A DNA stretch of 33,600 nt from Kipferlia bialata. Taxonomy: Eukaryota. The notes under the pieces were generated by a model. That model did not search any database. It was not told the DNA's origin and was given only the letters and a program-made list of their open reading frames with translations. The position numbers and the translations under genes were made by a program. This document shows, piece after piece, positions 1 through 12,800 of this stretch (position 1 is the stretch's first letter; every line of letters starts with the position of its first letter). The stretch lies in the NCBI GenBank assembly GCA_003568945.1, contig BDIP01000073.1, forward strand, positions 1 through 33,600, in the 5' to 3' direction.

Positions 1-44
<44 letters not shown>

Positions 45-54
45 GTATATGTAT
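1..54. repeat. (ATATGT)n intronic microsatellite
   Basis: Direct tandem ATATGT units ending in ...gtatag, a likely acceptor. Confidence 0.9.
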
Positions 55-381
55 AGGTGCTGCACAGGTGGGGGGTGATGTATGGGACGGTGGTCAGTAA
101 GGATATGCTGTATGTGTATACATATGCATGGTGTGCGTAGTATATGATATAGCATCATACGTTTTCTCCAGGTCTCCCTCAGTCTATGTATGATGCTGAC
201 GCTGCAGGGCCGTTGTCATAATAGGGGGTGTGGCATATGACCTCCTAGAGCTCTATGGCCTAGGGGGAGAGAACATCACAGGTGGGAGTGGTATGCGTTG
301 CAGAGGTTGCATAGCCTGTGCATAAGTATCAGTATCAGTATCAGTCTCAGTATCCGTATCAGTCCGTGACTCATGCCCCAG

Positions 382-708
382 GGGACTGTGTAGTGTGTCT
401 TGAGAGGGAGGCCGACACGTGTGTCCTGCCCTGCCGCCACCTGTGCTTCTGTCACCAGTGTGCCGTGAGGTGGAGGCTGGCCAGTGACGCCAGGTGTGGA
501 TATACATTCATGAATAGGTGGAGATGTGTACTATTCACTGGTATGGTCAAGTGCTATGCAACCCCAGTCCCCCCCTCTCTCATATGCCAGGTGCCCTGTG
601 TGTAGACGCAACTGTCAGCAGATACTGCAGACCATACCCGCCATAGAGACACAGGAGACACAGGAGAGTGGAGTGAGACAGACAGACGCGGCTGAACCAC
701 TTTGCTGA
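382..708 (+). CDS. RING-finger (C3HC4, IAP/MUL1-type) E3 ubiquitin ligase, last two exons; 5' part upstream
   Basis: Exons 382-493 and 591-708, joined by GT-AG intron 494-590, give GDCVVCLEREADTCVLPCRHLCFCHQCAVRWRLASDAR-CPVCRRNCQQIL...*, a complete C-x2-C..PCxH-x3-C-x2-C..CPxCR RING. Confidence 0.85.
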
Positions 709-891
709 CACATGAATAGATGCACATAGTGATTACATTATTTATAGAGAGCGGTCACAGCCGCAAGTCGCTGGCTAATGCACACACACAGAACCAAAGC
801 GAACAGTAAACTAAATACAAAGAGTGAATGCGGCCAATGATTGTCATGATACGTAGTTCATGTCTCAGCAGACGATACAATATCACTCCCC

Positions 892-3800
892 TCAAGTACA
901 GTCGGGATCATCGCTGTATGCAGCACAGTAATCCGTGATGACCACGGGCTCAACTGCGTCGGAGAAGACGGGGGCGTACTCGACAGCACTCGCACCGTCA
1001 CTGATGTCCAGAGAGACGGTGGGCTCGAACCAGAAGATGAAGTTGCTGTCTGTTCCATTGTCGTCGAACACCGCACAGACCCCAATGTGGACCTGCACTC
1101 CCTAAGGTGAGGAGAGGGGATCAAGTGCATGGAGTACACATATACATAAGTACACATATACATAGGTACAGAGGAGGAGAGGAGGAGAGTTTCCATACCG
1201 CAGGGTCGGTGGCATCTCCGTGGAGACTGGTGAACATGTCCCCAGTCTGGCAGGTGAAGTCCTGGGGTCACTGGCCAAACACTCATACGCAACACGAGTA
1301 CACAAAGAGATAGAATTAGAAACACAGAGTAATACATCGATTATATAGATGCCGAATGATAAATTAACGGATGACAAAACACAATGGTTGCAAGGCAAGC
1401 ACCCACCGTTGTAGGGATAAGATTGCCATTGTCACAATCCGTGGCAATCGTAGAAGCGGTACGTCCGCCGCTGAGCTGATGTAAGGATGAAGTCACAGAC
1501 GATATCCTACATATATATATATATATATACGCGTAACTCACCAGAGGTGGGTTTCTGGTGTACACATTTGACGCGTCGTGGTGGGTCATGGCGGGGTTGA
1601 TGAAACCACCGCTGTCGGACGCTGGGTCTCTGTAGACCCTGAGTCTCTCAGCGGCCACAATAACCTGAGGGAAGAGGTCATATTAAATACAAATAGATAG
1701 ACATATGTATATGAATGAGACGGTATGGAGAAGTAGAAGCAAACACCATCAATGGGAGAATCTAGCCAATCTCACATATATCCTACCTGGGGGGCACTCT
1801 CCTCCGTGGCGAATGCCGCGTTTGTGGAGGTGGGAGTGGCGGTGCGGAGGAGGATGGACCCGGAGGACCTGGGGTGAGGCCGAGTCAGAAGCCATGAGTC
1901 ACATATCATATGTGCCTCACATATGGCCTCTATACACTACCCACCTCTTGTCGGTACCGCCATCCGTGAATGTCCTGGGGCCTCCTCTGATGATGACGTG
2001 ACCACCGAGGGGGGAGGCAGCGGAGGTGGAACGGGTGGAGATGAGCACCTGGAGGTGAGGGAGGTGGATGTATGATGTGTAGGGGGATGACAGCACCCAA
2101 CGTAATATAACACTGACACTCAAGACATCACTTGAAACCACAACAGTACCGTACATTTCCAATTGTGTTGTCATCCGCCATGTTCTCCAGGCCGACGTAG
2201 ATGCCGTGTCTGGAGCCTGTGATGGCAGGGGCCACTGGGGACTCGCCCATCCACACCACGCCGGTGTCGAAGTCGGCGCCTAGGACCTGGGGGTGAGACA
2301 GGTATGCATAGAGTGTGAATAGAGTGTGTGTAGAGTGTGAGACATCGGACAGAGCCAAGAGGAGGCTGGAGACCACAAGCAAAAGTCGATTGCTAGACCC
2401 ACCTGCTCCCTAGATCCAGAGGCTCCGAGCTCCAAGTAGAAGTTAGTCTCCGTCCCAACGGTGAGGGAGTTGGCAGAGATCTCGACGTCGTTGGTATCAG
2501 CATCGACCAAGACAGTGTCGGAGGAGGGCCTCTGGGGTGAGGACTGGCACGACTATCAATAACAACCATAACTCAACACACTATTGCCACCCAGACTGCG
2601 TACCGTGAGAGAGAGCATCGCGGTGCCGCCTGTCTCCTCCAGCACCACACTGGTGCCCTTCAGAGTCACGGAGGTGGCAGCCTCAATGTCGACGGTGGTG
2701 TCGGCAGTGATCTCGACGGTGCTACCTGGGATGAGGGGTTTGTGACACAATGCAATTGATCCATACACCCACACTCACCCGTCACTGTGACGGCCGTGCC
2801 AGCCTGGAGCTCAAGGTCCGTGGCTGCGTTGATGGTGACACTCTGCGGTAAGCGGACTAAAGGCAACTATATATAAATATTGATATATATTGTACGACAT
2901 CCGAACCTGGGTGGAACTGACGAATGCGAGGTCTGCATCTGCCGTGACAGTGAGGTTGGCTCCAGTGTCAGCAGCAGACGCCTTGCCGATGGATACATCG
3001 GACCCGTCGGCAGATAGGATGGACGCCAGCTGGGTGCCACCAGTGTCCAAGAGAACAAGAGAGCCCTCAACTGGGATGAGAGAAGTATCGTGAAGTGACA
3101 CAAGCCAGACGAAGACAGAGACACATATGCCCACATACATACATGTCATCTCACGAGCCCAACGGTCCAGACTCCCCATATATAATAACATATGCTTATT
3201 ACCATACCCATACCCATATCTGTCTATACATACATCTACTTATATATATCCATATCCGTCCATGCCTGATGTATCTCCTACAATGTTTACGATGCCCCCG
3301 GAGCCAGTCGCCTCGATCAACACATCACCCGCCAGACCGTACTGGGACCCTCCTCCCTGACGTGAGGGAACACTACCCCAACACTCGAGCACAAACACAC
3401 AAAGAACAGGCAGCCGCCACCAGAACTAACCTGAATGGTCACAGAACCAGCATCCACGTTACTAGGTGCACCAGTGATAAGAACTCCAGAGTTTGACTCG
3501 ATTGTAAAGTCTGGCGGTGAACAAGTGGAATCAATATACAACCAATATCGACACATGACACACTATCCAATATATCATATCGAAAAACCAAGAGGACCCC
3601 ACCTGAGCCAGTCTGGGTGGTGTAGGAGATGGCGTCGGCGGTGACCTCGAGGGTCTCTGAGTTGGAGGGATCGGAGTTGTCCTGGGGTCAGCGTACTGCG
3701 CCTCATGGACCGCACACACACACATCTATATATATATAAATGCAATATGTAGTATATACAATATATATGAGTGCCAATGATTCCATACACCATGGACTCA

Positions 3801-6800
3801 CATCAGTGATGCGCAGCATCGTCTCACTAAGTTCGGTGCAACTGGCGTCGCGGTCGCCTGATATGGGATAGGATCATGAAGACTAAGAGAAAATACCCTC
3901 AGAGCTTCTCTAGTATATATACTGATGAAACGTTGATAACCTCATAGACCCAGACACCACTTACCGACGACGAGGGTGCCACTAGTGATGTCGAGGTCAG
4001 CGTCGATGGCAAGCTCGGTGTTAGACAGCGCCAGGACCTCAGTGGTAGCCACGTTGCGGACAGTCATGAGATAGGCGTCATCAGCCGCAACAACCTGGAA
4101 TGAGACGCAACAACCCAGATGGAAACATACATATACGGATACACATTGCAGACACAACCCACCTGCAAGTGACCTTCTATCTCGAGAACCCCCGCTGTCT
4201 GTGTCAGTTCCACCACATTGCTGGATCCGCCAGAGTCACCTACACATCAGAGGCATCCAGGTAAAGCATGAATAGTAAACGAGACAACTGTACCTATAGT
4301 GATACTGGTAGCGCTGACTGCAGTGGCCACCAGAGAGACGTTGTGAGACCCATCCTGCTCAAATCCCACACGAGAGCTAACTCCATCAATGTAATCCTCA
4401 CTCTGGATGTACCTAGTGTGAGTGTAACCAGGCAAGTAAATTACAGGTATAACACACTGAAATGCGACACTGCGTACATGTTGTAGTCAGCACCGTCGTG
4501 GAGCTCTAGCACGACGTCAGTGACGGTATCGGTTGTGGCAGACACAGAGAGCATCTCAATAGCGGAGCCCGTGTTACTATCGTAGAGAGAGAGCTGTGTG
4601 AGAAATGAGATTTCTGTCTATAAATAGAGCTACTTGTGTCATTATGTCAGTATATGTACAGCGAGTGTGGGTCCAGCCCTGGTACCTGGGACACAGAGGC
4701 AGACTCGACCTCCACAGCTCCGTCCATGATAACCTGGCCGTCGTTGGCCCCACCGGTACCGGCTGTCAGGATGATGTCTCCTGATGGTTAGACTGCAGGA
4801 AGAACAGGATACCGCAAAAGCACAGTAGAAAGCACAACGTACCACCATCGCCTGTTGTAGTGGAACCTCCAGTGATGTATATGCTGCCTCCATCGCCTAC
4901 TCCTGCACCGGAAACAGCACCTCCCACTAGGGAGACATTTCCTAGGTGTGAGTAATGACCATATCTAGAGAGCCCAAAAGATTAAAACGTGGCAGCGAAA
5001 TGCCAGCTGGATACCTGCGTGTCTGGTGTCTGCTGACTGTGCCTGGCCCTGGATCGTGATGCCATAGGCGTCGGTGCCAGAGCCTGTGTAGTCATCAGTG
5101 TACCCAAAGAGGAACCTCCTCTCAGGGCCTTCGAACCCAAGCTGAGTGTCAGACCCGGTGCCAGTGGGGTGATCAAGAGGAGTGAGACAGACTCAAAAGA
5201 GAGGCCCCATAAGGTAGAACCATATCCAACGACAGAACTCACCGTGAACTCGGAATCAGGCGAGCCTCCCTCAACAAATGAAATGTTGTCGGTGATCTCC
5301 AGAGAGTACAGGGACAGCGTCGCATCCTGAGTGAGTAGTGCATCGGAACAGTAATAGAGTTACAATATGACTAGAGAGAGCCAGCATCCGCACCGAAATA
5401 TCATCCGCACTCAGGTTACCGGTGACGACAAGGTCTCCTGTGATTGTAGTGGTTGCTGCGTCGATAGAGACTCCGGTGGTGTGGTCGACAACAATCTGGG
5501 ACTTGATGTTAGCGTCAGATCCATTGACTGACCCAATTGTCAGGGTGTCGGCGGAGGACACGGTATCGGTGGTGAGTGATGTGGCGGTCATTGACGCCGC
5601 TGTAAGGTCACCACTGACTGAAACAGTGCCAGTGACCTCCATATCACCGGTGAGAGCGAGGTGGTCTGTGTCGAAGGTGAGGGAGGAGGTGGCGTCAAAG
5701 ACCACCTCAGCCACGGTCAGATCCCCAGTCACTGAGACGTCGCCCACAAACATGTGGGAGTCGGCGGTGTAGACCACGTCTGGGCTGGAGTACGAAATGA
5801 TGAGCTCGTCACTGACCGTAAGGAAACAAGCAAAGGAATCTTAGTACACTATCGGCACAATGACTGTTACCTAGCGAGAGAGAAAGCCGATACAGCTGCA
5901 GAAGCAGCGGTCAGAGTGCCAACGACAGTCAGGTCGGCTTCCATGGTGACGTCGTCTTCAAAAGTAGCCTGAAATCAGGTGAACACCCACACAGAATAAT
6001 ACATATGCCTTATTGAACTCATGTCTACGGCACATACCTCGGCATCAACAATCAGGTCAGTGTTAATGGTAACCGTTCCGCCAGTGGCACCTACATCGAG
6101 GGCAGGGTTACCAATAACGACGTTACCACCCGTAGGACCCTCTCCGGCATATATGTAGACGTCACCAGCAGTGGTGGGGCGTCCAGCACCACCTCCGAGG
6201 ATGTACACGTCACCGCCCCCTGACACACTGGTATCCTGACCCTGGATATCAGGTGAGAGGTGAGAATGACCACCATGGCAGGTGAGAATGTCACTGTATA
6301 CATATATACATGCCACTGTACACACTGTACCTGGATAACGATGTCGGCCTGGGTGTCTGCGGCATCGCTGTTAGCAATGGACAAGACGAAGGAGTTCTCG
6401 GCATAGGTGCCAACGCCGTCGTAGGACAGACGAAGTACAGTGTCATCACTTCCGTTTGTGATATCAACCGTCTGACATAAGTGGCACGAATGAAGACACA
6501 CTGCCATGTACTGCTCACCCCAAACACTAGGTATACTCTATCAATATAGGATACCTCAAACACTAGGTCCTGGGCATCCAGAGAGGTGAACTCTGCAGAA
6601 GTGCCAGAGATAGGGGACCGCACATCGACAATTCCGTCACCGACACCATTTCCGGTGTACTGGTTTGTGGCGTTCAAGACTATGATGAGTGGCACGACAC
6701 CCATTGATACTGATACTGAGACTACTACACACTAATGAATGACGCACCAATGTCTCCTGCCACACAGTTGGCGATGGCACAGTCACCGGACTGGAGCACA

Positions 6801-9800
6801 ACACTCCCCGAGGTCCCTGCAACGGCACCTCCGGCCTGTAAGGTAACGCTTCCACCTGGAGTCAGGAGCCTTCAAACAATACAATAGTGCCCTCTGAGTG
6901 AAAACACACCACTGACCTATCTCGTCTGTTGTGGTCTGACCGGCAACAGTCACGGAGCCTCCAGCCACAGTGGTAGCTGCAGCCGAGGTGTAGCCAACTC
7001 CCAGGTTGACCGAGTCATAGAGGCCCATGGCCAGCTCGCCGACCACAAACTGAGGTGAGAGAAGCACATTCACACATATCCATAAGCACACCCACCTGGG
7101 TTGCGGTGACCCCTGCCTCGGCTGTGACGTCTCCAGTCACCGTCAGGCTGCCATCCAGGACCAGTGCCGAGGAGGTGGTGGAGATGGTGGGGGTGGTGCC
7201 GTCGACAAGAAGAGACAAAGTCTCTGAACCACCAGCTGACACAACGTCCAGGCCACCAAGAGCAGACAGAGATCCTTAAATGAGACTACACTTGAGTGTT
7301 CCGGAAGAGTGTCACCTCTACTTCGGTTACCTTCAACTTCCAGGGTGTCCTCAAAGGTCACAGTGTCAGTGAAGGAGACACCCAGGCCACCGGCTCCAAG
7401 GATGAGAGAGGAGGCAGCGTCGGTCCCGAGGGTGACTGTGTCATCTCCTGAGCTGTACACGATGGAGAACCGCTCGGCGGAGTCACCCATGAAAGAGAAA
7501 TTGGTGGTCTCCACATCACCTGATATGGGAATACAGAGGGAGAGATACAATAATTGACCAGACAAATCTCCATACTGACCTGAAATGGTGCCCTGCGCCT
7601 CAATTCCACCGCTGACAAAGAGGGTCTCTGCCTATGGTCAACAAACAGCACACAACAGCGAATCTATCAGCAGCAACTGTACGGATTCATTATCACGACA
7701 CATACCTCAACATAGATGTTGCCAGAGTCATAGCTGCCGAAGGTGTTGTCGGTAGACGAGCCCAGTACAATGTATCCAGGGGCGTTGGTGTGAGCAACAC
7801 TCAGGAATATGTTACCACTGGAGTCGGTGAGAGGATCAGTCCCATCCGAGGTTCCCGAAGCGATCACGACGTCTCCTCCGTTGGTTGTCCCCTCTCCACC
7901 CTGTATATGGACGGCCCCTCCCTTGCCAGAGGTGGAGCCCTGTCCCGTGATGCGGAGGGTGCTCCCATCGGAGTCAATGGTCGTGGCAAAGTCCAAGAAA
8001 TACTCCTAGACAGTAAGACAACGGAACATTGAGACCTCCACTTCAAATTCGGACAAACGTACCCTTATCTGGAAGTCCCCCATTGCAATGTCAGTGGCCA
8101 CGAGGGAGTCCACGGTCACACCTGAGGGGAAAGTATGGGTTGAATATGTGACACTGGTTGAATATGAGAGAAAACATCAAGAATAGTGGATCAGTGGACG
8201 TGATCTGGTCTGTATTACCTGATGACGTAACAGTCATAGGAGAAGCGTCTGGGTAGAAGACAACCTCGTCAGAAGCAAGAGACAGAAGCTCAGCGGAGCC
8301 AGCCGTGATACTCAGTGAACCACTCTGCACATCGATGGCATCGCTAATCTGGTGTGAGCAATACAATAATAAGAAAATACACACAAGACCTCAACGAATA
8401 GAAAGAATACTGTTGGAACCTGAATAGTAGTGAACTCGGCAGCACTGCTGCCTGAGTACACCAAAGAGTCGGCAATGTTAAGGGTGCCAACGTCGGCAGT
8501 GTCGAGAGTGGTGGTGCCTGAAGTCAGAGCCGTAGAGGTGGAAACAATCGGCAATAACAAAGACCAGAGGACAGGATACTAACCTGTAACTGAGAAGTCA
8601 GATTCAAAGGTTACAGTTCCAGAGAACTCTGCGTCACTGACCACTGACACCACTCCGGTGGTGACAGAGGCCGTGCCCAGCACAAGGTCATCCTCCGCCT
8701 CGACGCTGAGCGCAGCAGCAGAGGTAATAGTAGCCGCAGTGAGAGTGGTAATTGTCGCTGTTGTGGCCTCCACGCTGGTAGACTCGACATTGCCCACGAC
8801 GCTGAGACTGGCTGCAATCTCAAGGGCACCGGCATCATCACTGACAGCAATGGAACCAATCTCCAGAGAGTCCACGACCAGTGTGTTCTGCACTTCCACG
8901 GTTCCGTCAACAGCGGTGGTGGCGAGAGTGAGATCACCGGTGGTGGCAGTGATGGTGAGGTCTCGGGCGGAGATGGCAGAAGACCCAAACTCAAGGGTAT
9001 CGACTCCATCTGTCACAGACAGGGCCTCGGCCGATACGCTAGTACCGTCGATAACAGTGGTCCCCACTGTCAGAGAGTGACCAGTTGACACTGACACGGA
9101 TCCCTCCATCAGAATGTCTCCCTCACTACAGTTCGACTCGGAGCAACCAGTAGAGAATGTAATGTCGCCAGAACGACAGTGGTTACCAGAGCACACTGTG
9201 CTTACACTAATACTACCGGTGGAGGAGGTAGGGTATGTCTGGATAGTGACATCTCCACTTGTAGACGTGGATACTCCAGAAGAGATCTCGACAGACCTGC
9301 GAGTAAGGATCCCCTCGACACAAAAAGAACAATAAATAGAGTAATATACGTACCCAGAAGCAACTGTATCTACAGTAGCACCACCAGCGATCACGAGGCT
9401 GCGGACACCGCTGTCAGCCACATACAGCCTGGGGTTAGTGGGAGCACTTGTTGAGAAATGCCATTTGACACATACCTGTTCTTCGTGTCTAAATCATTGA
9501 CGTCGATAGTGAGCCCTGCAACATCAAGGGCACCAGCGATGGAGACATCCCCAGACATTGTGATGGTGCCTGGATAAGATATGGATAAGAATTTGCAGAA
9601 TGAAGACGGATAATAAAGATGGAAGGACGGCTGCAAGACAACATACTTGCGTTGAGCTCAATATCCCCGGCAGGGTCAGTGGCACTGAGGACGACATTGT
9701 CGCTGCCGTCCACGACCAGGGAACCCTTCTCCACATCAGAGCCATTCAGCAGTGAGTAGGAGGAGGATATGACCTGGGGTAAGGTGAGTAAATCGCACAT

Positions 9801-12800
9801 GTAAGGAATCACACAATATACCTGATCGGCAGTTACGCTACCGGAAGCATCAAGGCTAGTAGCGGTTAGTATGGTGGCAGACACGTCCTGGGCCACAAGA
9901 TCTGACAGCACACGCACTTGTCCTGCAGTGCAGGAAGAGGCACCAGCCGGGCACTCAGCAGAAAGGACAATGTCTCCGCTCTCGCCACTACTGGAGGATC
10001 CAGCGAGGATTTGGATGTCTCCTCCGTTAGCAGAACCACTGGAGTCACCTGCGATTAGGACAAGCTAGTTCGACAATACATGAACGATATACATCAATCC
10101 CTTACCAGCAGCAAGAACTAGATCGCCACCGACTTGGGCGGATGTCTGGCCGGTGATGGAAAGAGTACTTCCAGCTGAAGAACTGTCGGCTGGGGAGAGA
10201 GCATATCCTGTGATCGACTCGTAGGTGATGTCAATGCCAGCAATGCTAGAGTCCTCTGTGGCCGACACCTATCACGTGAGGGGGATATCCAGTATCTATC
10301 ATATTAGACAGTCTCTCTACTGAGGATATACAATACCTGTCCAGTTACGGTAAGGTCTCCATCAATGGAAAGAGGGGCCTGGAGACTGATATTGGTGCCA
10401 CCAGAAGGCACATCAAGGGTGTTGAGTGTCAGGGTTCCTGAGACCTCAACACTGCCAGAGACATCAACGGAGCCGGCCTCCAAGGATGCCACACTCATAC
10501 CAAGGGTACTGAATATTAGACATACAGGAGAACCCATGGTACATATAGAAATTAAGAATAGATAAAATGGAAGTAAAATGGTACCTAAGGTCAAGTGTGT
10601 TACCGGTGGTGTCTACTGTGAGGACAGCTGACCCGCCCTGGTCCTTGACCTCCAGAGCCACTCCGTCTGTGGCAACGGCAACAGAGAGGGGGGAGGTGAG
10701 AGAGAGGGTGTCACTGTCACCGTGGATCTCGACATCACCAACAGTGAGAGTGTCAGCGAGAACCAGAGGAGATGAGACAGTGACACTGCCATTGTTAGTG
10801 GTGAGAGCGATGTCACCACCGGCAAGGAGGGACTCAAGCTGAACCCCATCAGAAGTGTAGGACATGGAAAACACATCTCCGTCATCAGCATCCTAGACAG
10901 TCAGTTGAAAGACGGGACCGTGTGTTTGCTAAACAGAGAGCCGTGGTCATTCCTACCTTAATCTTAAAGCCAGTTGCTTGAATATCATTGTCAAATGATA
11001 CAGATCCCATTTGGAGGGAATCGAAGACGGCATCTCCCTGAGATGAGACAACAGGGACCACCAAGAGTATTCACATATCCAAAGAGCATTCACATATCTA
11101 AAGAGCGACTAACAGGTAAGTAGGGTGACTCAAATACAACAGAACTGTTACATACCGTGACAGAGAGGTTGTCCACAACAAGAGTGGAATGAACAGTGAC
11201 AGCATCGTGCTCAACAGTAAGCACTTCGGTGCCGTCTGCCGCAGCTAGTACTAGGAGAATGGACTCGTCAGTCTCAACGTAGAGGGGGTGGTCCACGGCT
11301 AGAACGTCAACAGAGGCGTATGAGTCCTGGGTCAGCTTGACATCGCCCACCTCCACCGTGTCAGCTGCAAGAGTAGGGGCACTGACAGTCTGATCGAATT
11401 CAAACTCCTTGGTAGAGGAGAACTCAATGACTCCAGAGGACTCGGCGACAGACAGATCGCCAACCGTGAGGGAGGTGACCTCAATGGAGTCTGCCACTAG
11501 AGTACCTCCCGAAACAGTGGTAGTTGTGGCAGTGAGGGTGATATTGTCACCAGTGATGGTGACTCCGCCGTCAACAGAGCCTGCGCTCTGGCCAGACGTG
11601 AGGAGAAGGGCGTTGTTGGCCCCGGCAGCCAGAGTGGCGGGGGTACCAGTGCCGTCATAGGAAAGAGACACTCCAGTAGTGGCGATGTCGATGTTGCCGA
11701 CTGTGAGTGTGCCAGAGACAGAGACCGACTCCGTCGTCATGGGAGACACAACGGACACAACTCCATCGGCACATCCAGCGTCATCACACACTGCCGACAG
11801 AATCACGTCTCCAGCACTACCCCCCGCACCTCCGGCACCGGACTGGATGGTAAGATCTCCTCCAGCGGAGGACACCTGATATTAGGGGCAGAAACGATCA
11901 ATATACTGATAAAAGTGAAACACCTGTACATACCATAGAAGAGGACTGCCCAGCCACAGTGAATGTGGAAGGGGCAGTGGCGCAGTCTGAGAGGGAAATA
12001 GATGTGCCAGAGAGGTTGATATCTCCCACAACAATCTCATCTGAGGCCACAGTGCCAGAGACATCCACCGTCCCGTGCACAGTGAGGTCAGCGTTGACCC
12101 CAGCAGTTCCAACCGTCAGGTCAGAGGTGAAGCTGGAGAGCCCACTGACGGAAAGTGTCCCGCCAACCTCCAGGCTGTCCTCGACAAGCAGAGAGGAGTC
12201 CACGGAAAGGGCTCCACTTGAGTCGCGAGTGAGAGCCACAGAGTCCGATGTGGTACCCACGTTGATCTGGGTGGAGAAGGTCTCAGCAGGAAGGAGGAGG
12301 TTTCCACCGGGGGCCAGAACGAGGTCGCTGGTAGGGGAGATGGTAAGGTCTCCGTCACTCTCGATCAGGGGCGTTGTCATCGTGTCTGCCTCGACGTTGG
12401 CAGCGGTCATGGTGGTGTCGACCACTAGATCACCAGTAATTGTAATCCCTGAGGAATTGGCAGTGAAGGTGTGGGCAACCAGATCACCAGTCACAGTGAG
12501 ATCAGTAAAGGTAGCCTCATCGGATACAGACAGGGGCACAACAACCTGAGGTTCAGGAGGAACAAGACATTGGTAAGACAACGGCAATATATCTTAAAGT
12601 AGGGATTGGTAAACGCACCGTCACACTTCCGTTGGACGAGGCATCGCCCAGGACCACGTCACCTGCACTGCAGTTGGCACTGGTACACCGCCCTCCAGCG
12701 AGTACCACATCACCTCCACTGGTCGATCCAACACCACCAGAGACTGTGACGTCTCCACCAGTTCCTGACCCCTGAAGGTGAAGGAATATGATTAGAATAC

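Noticed and set aside
1..54. Telomeric repeat
   Set aside because: ATATGT is an AT-rich intronic microsatellite ending at a splice acceptor; similar tracts occur in other introns.
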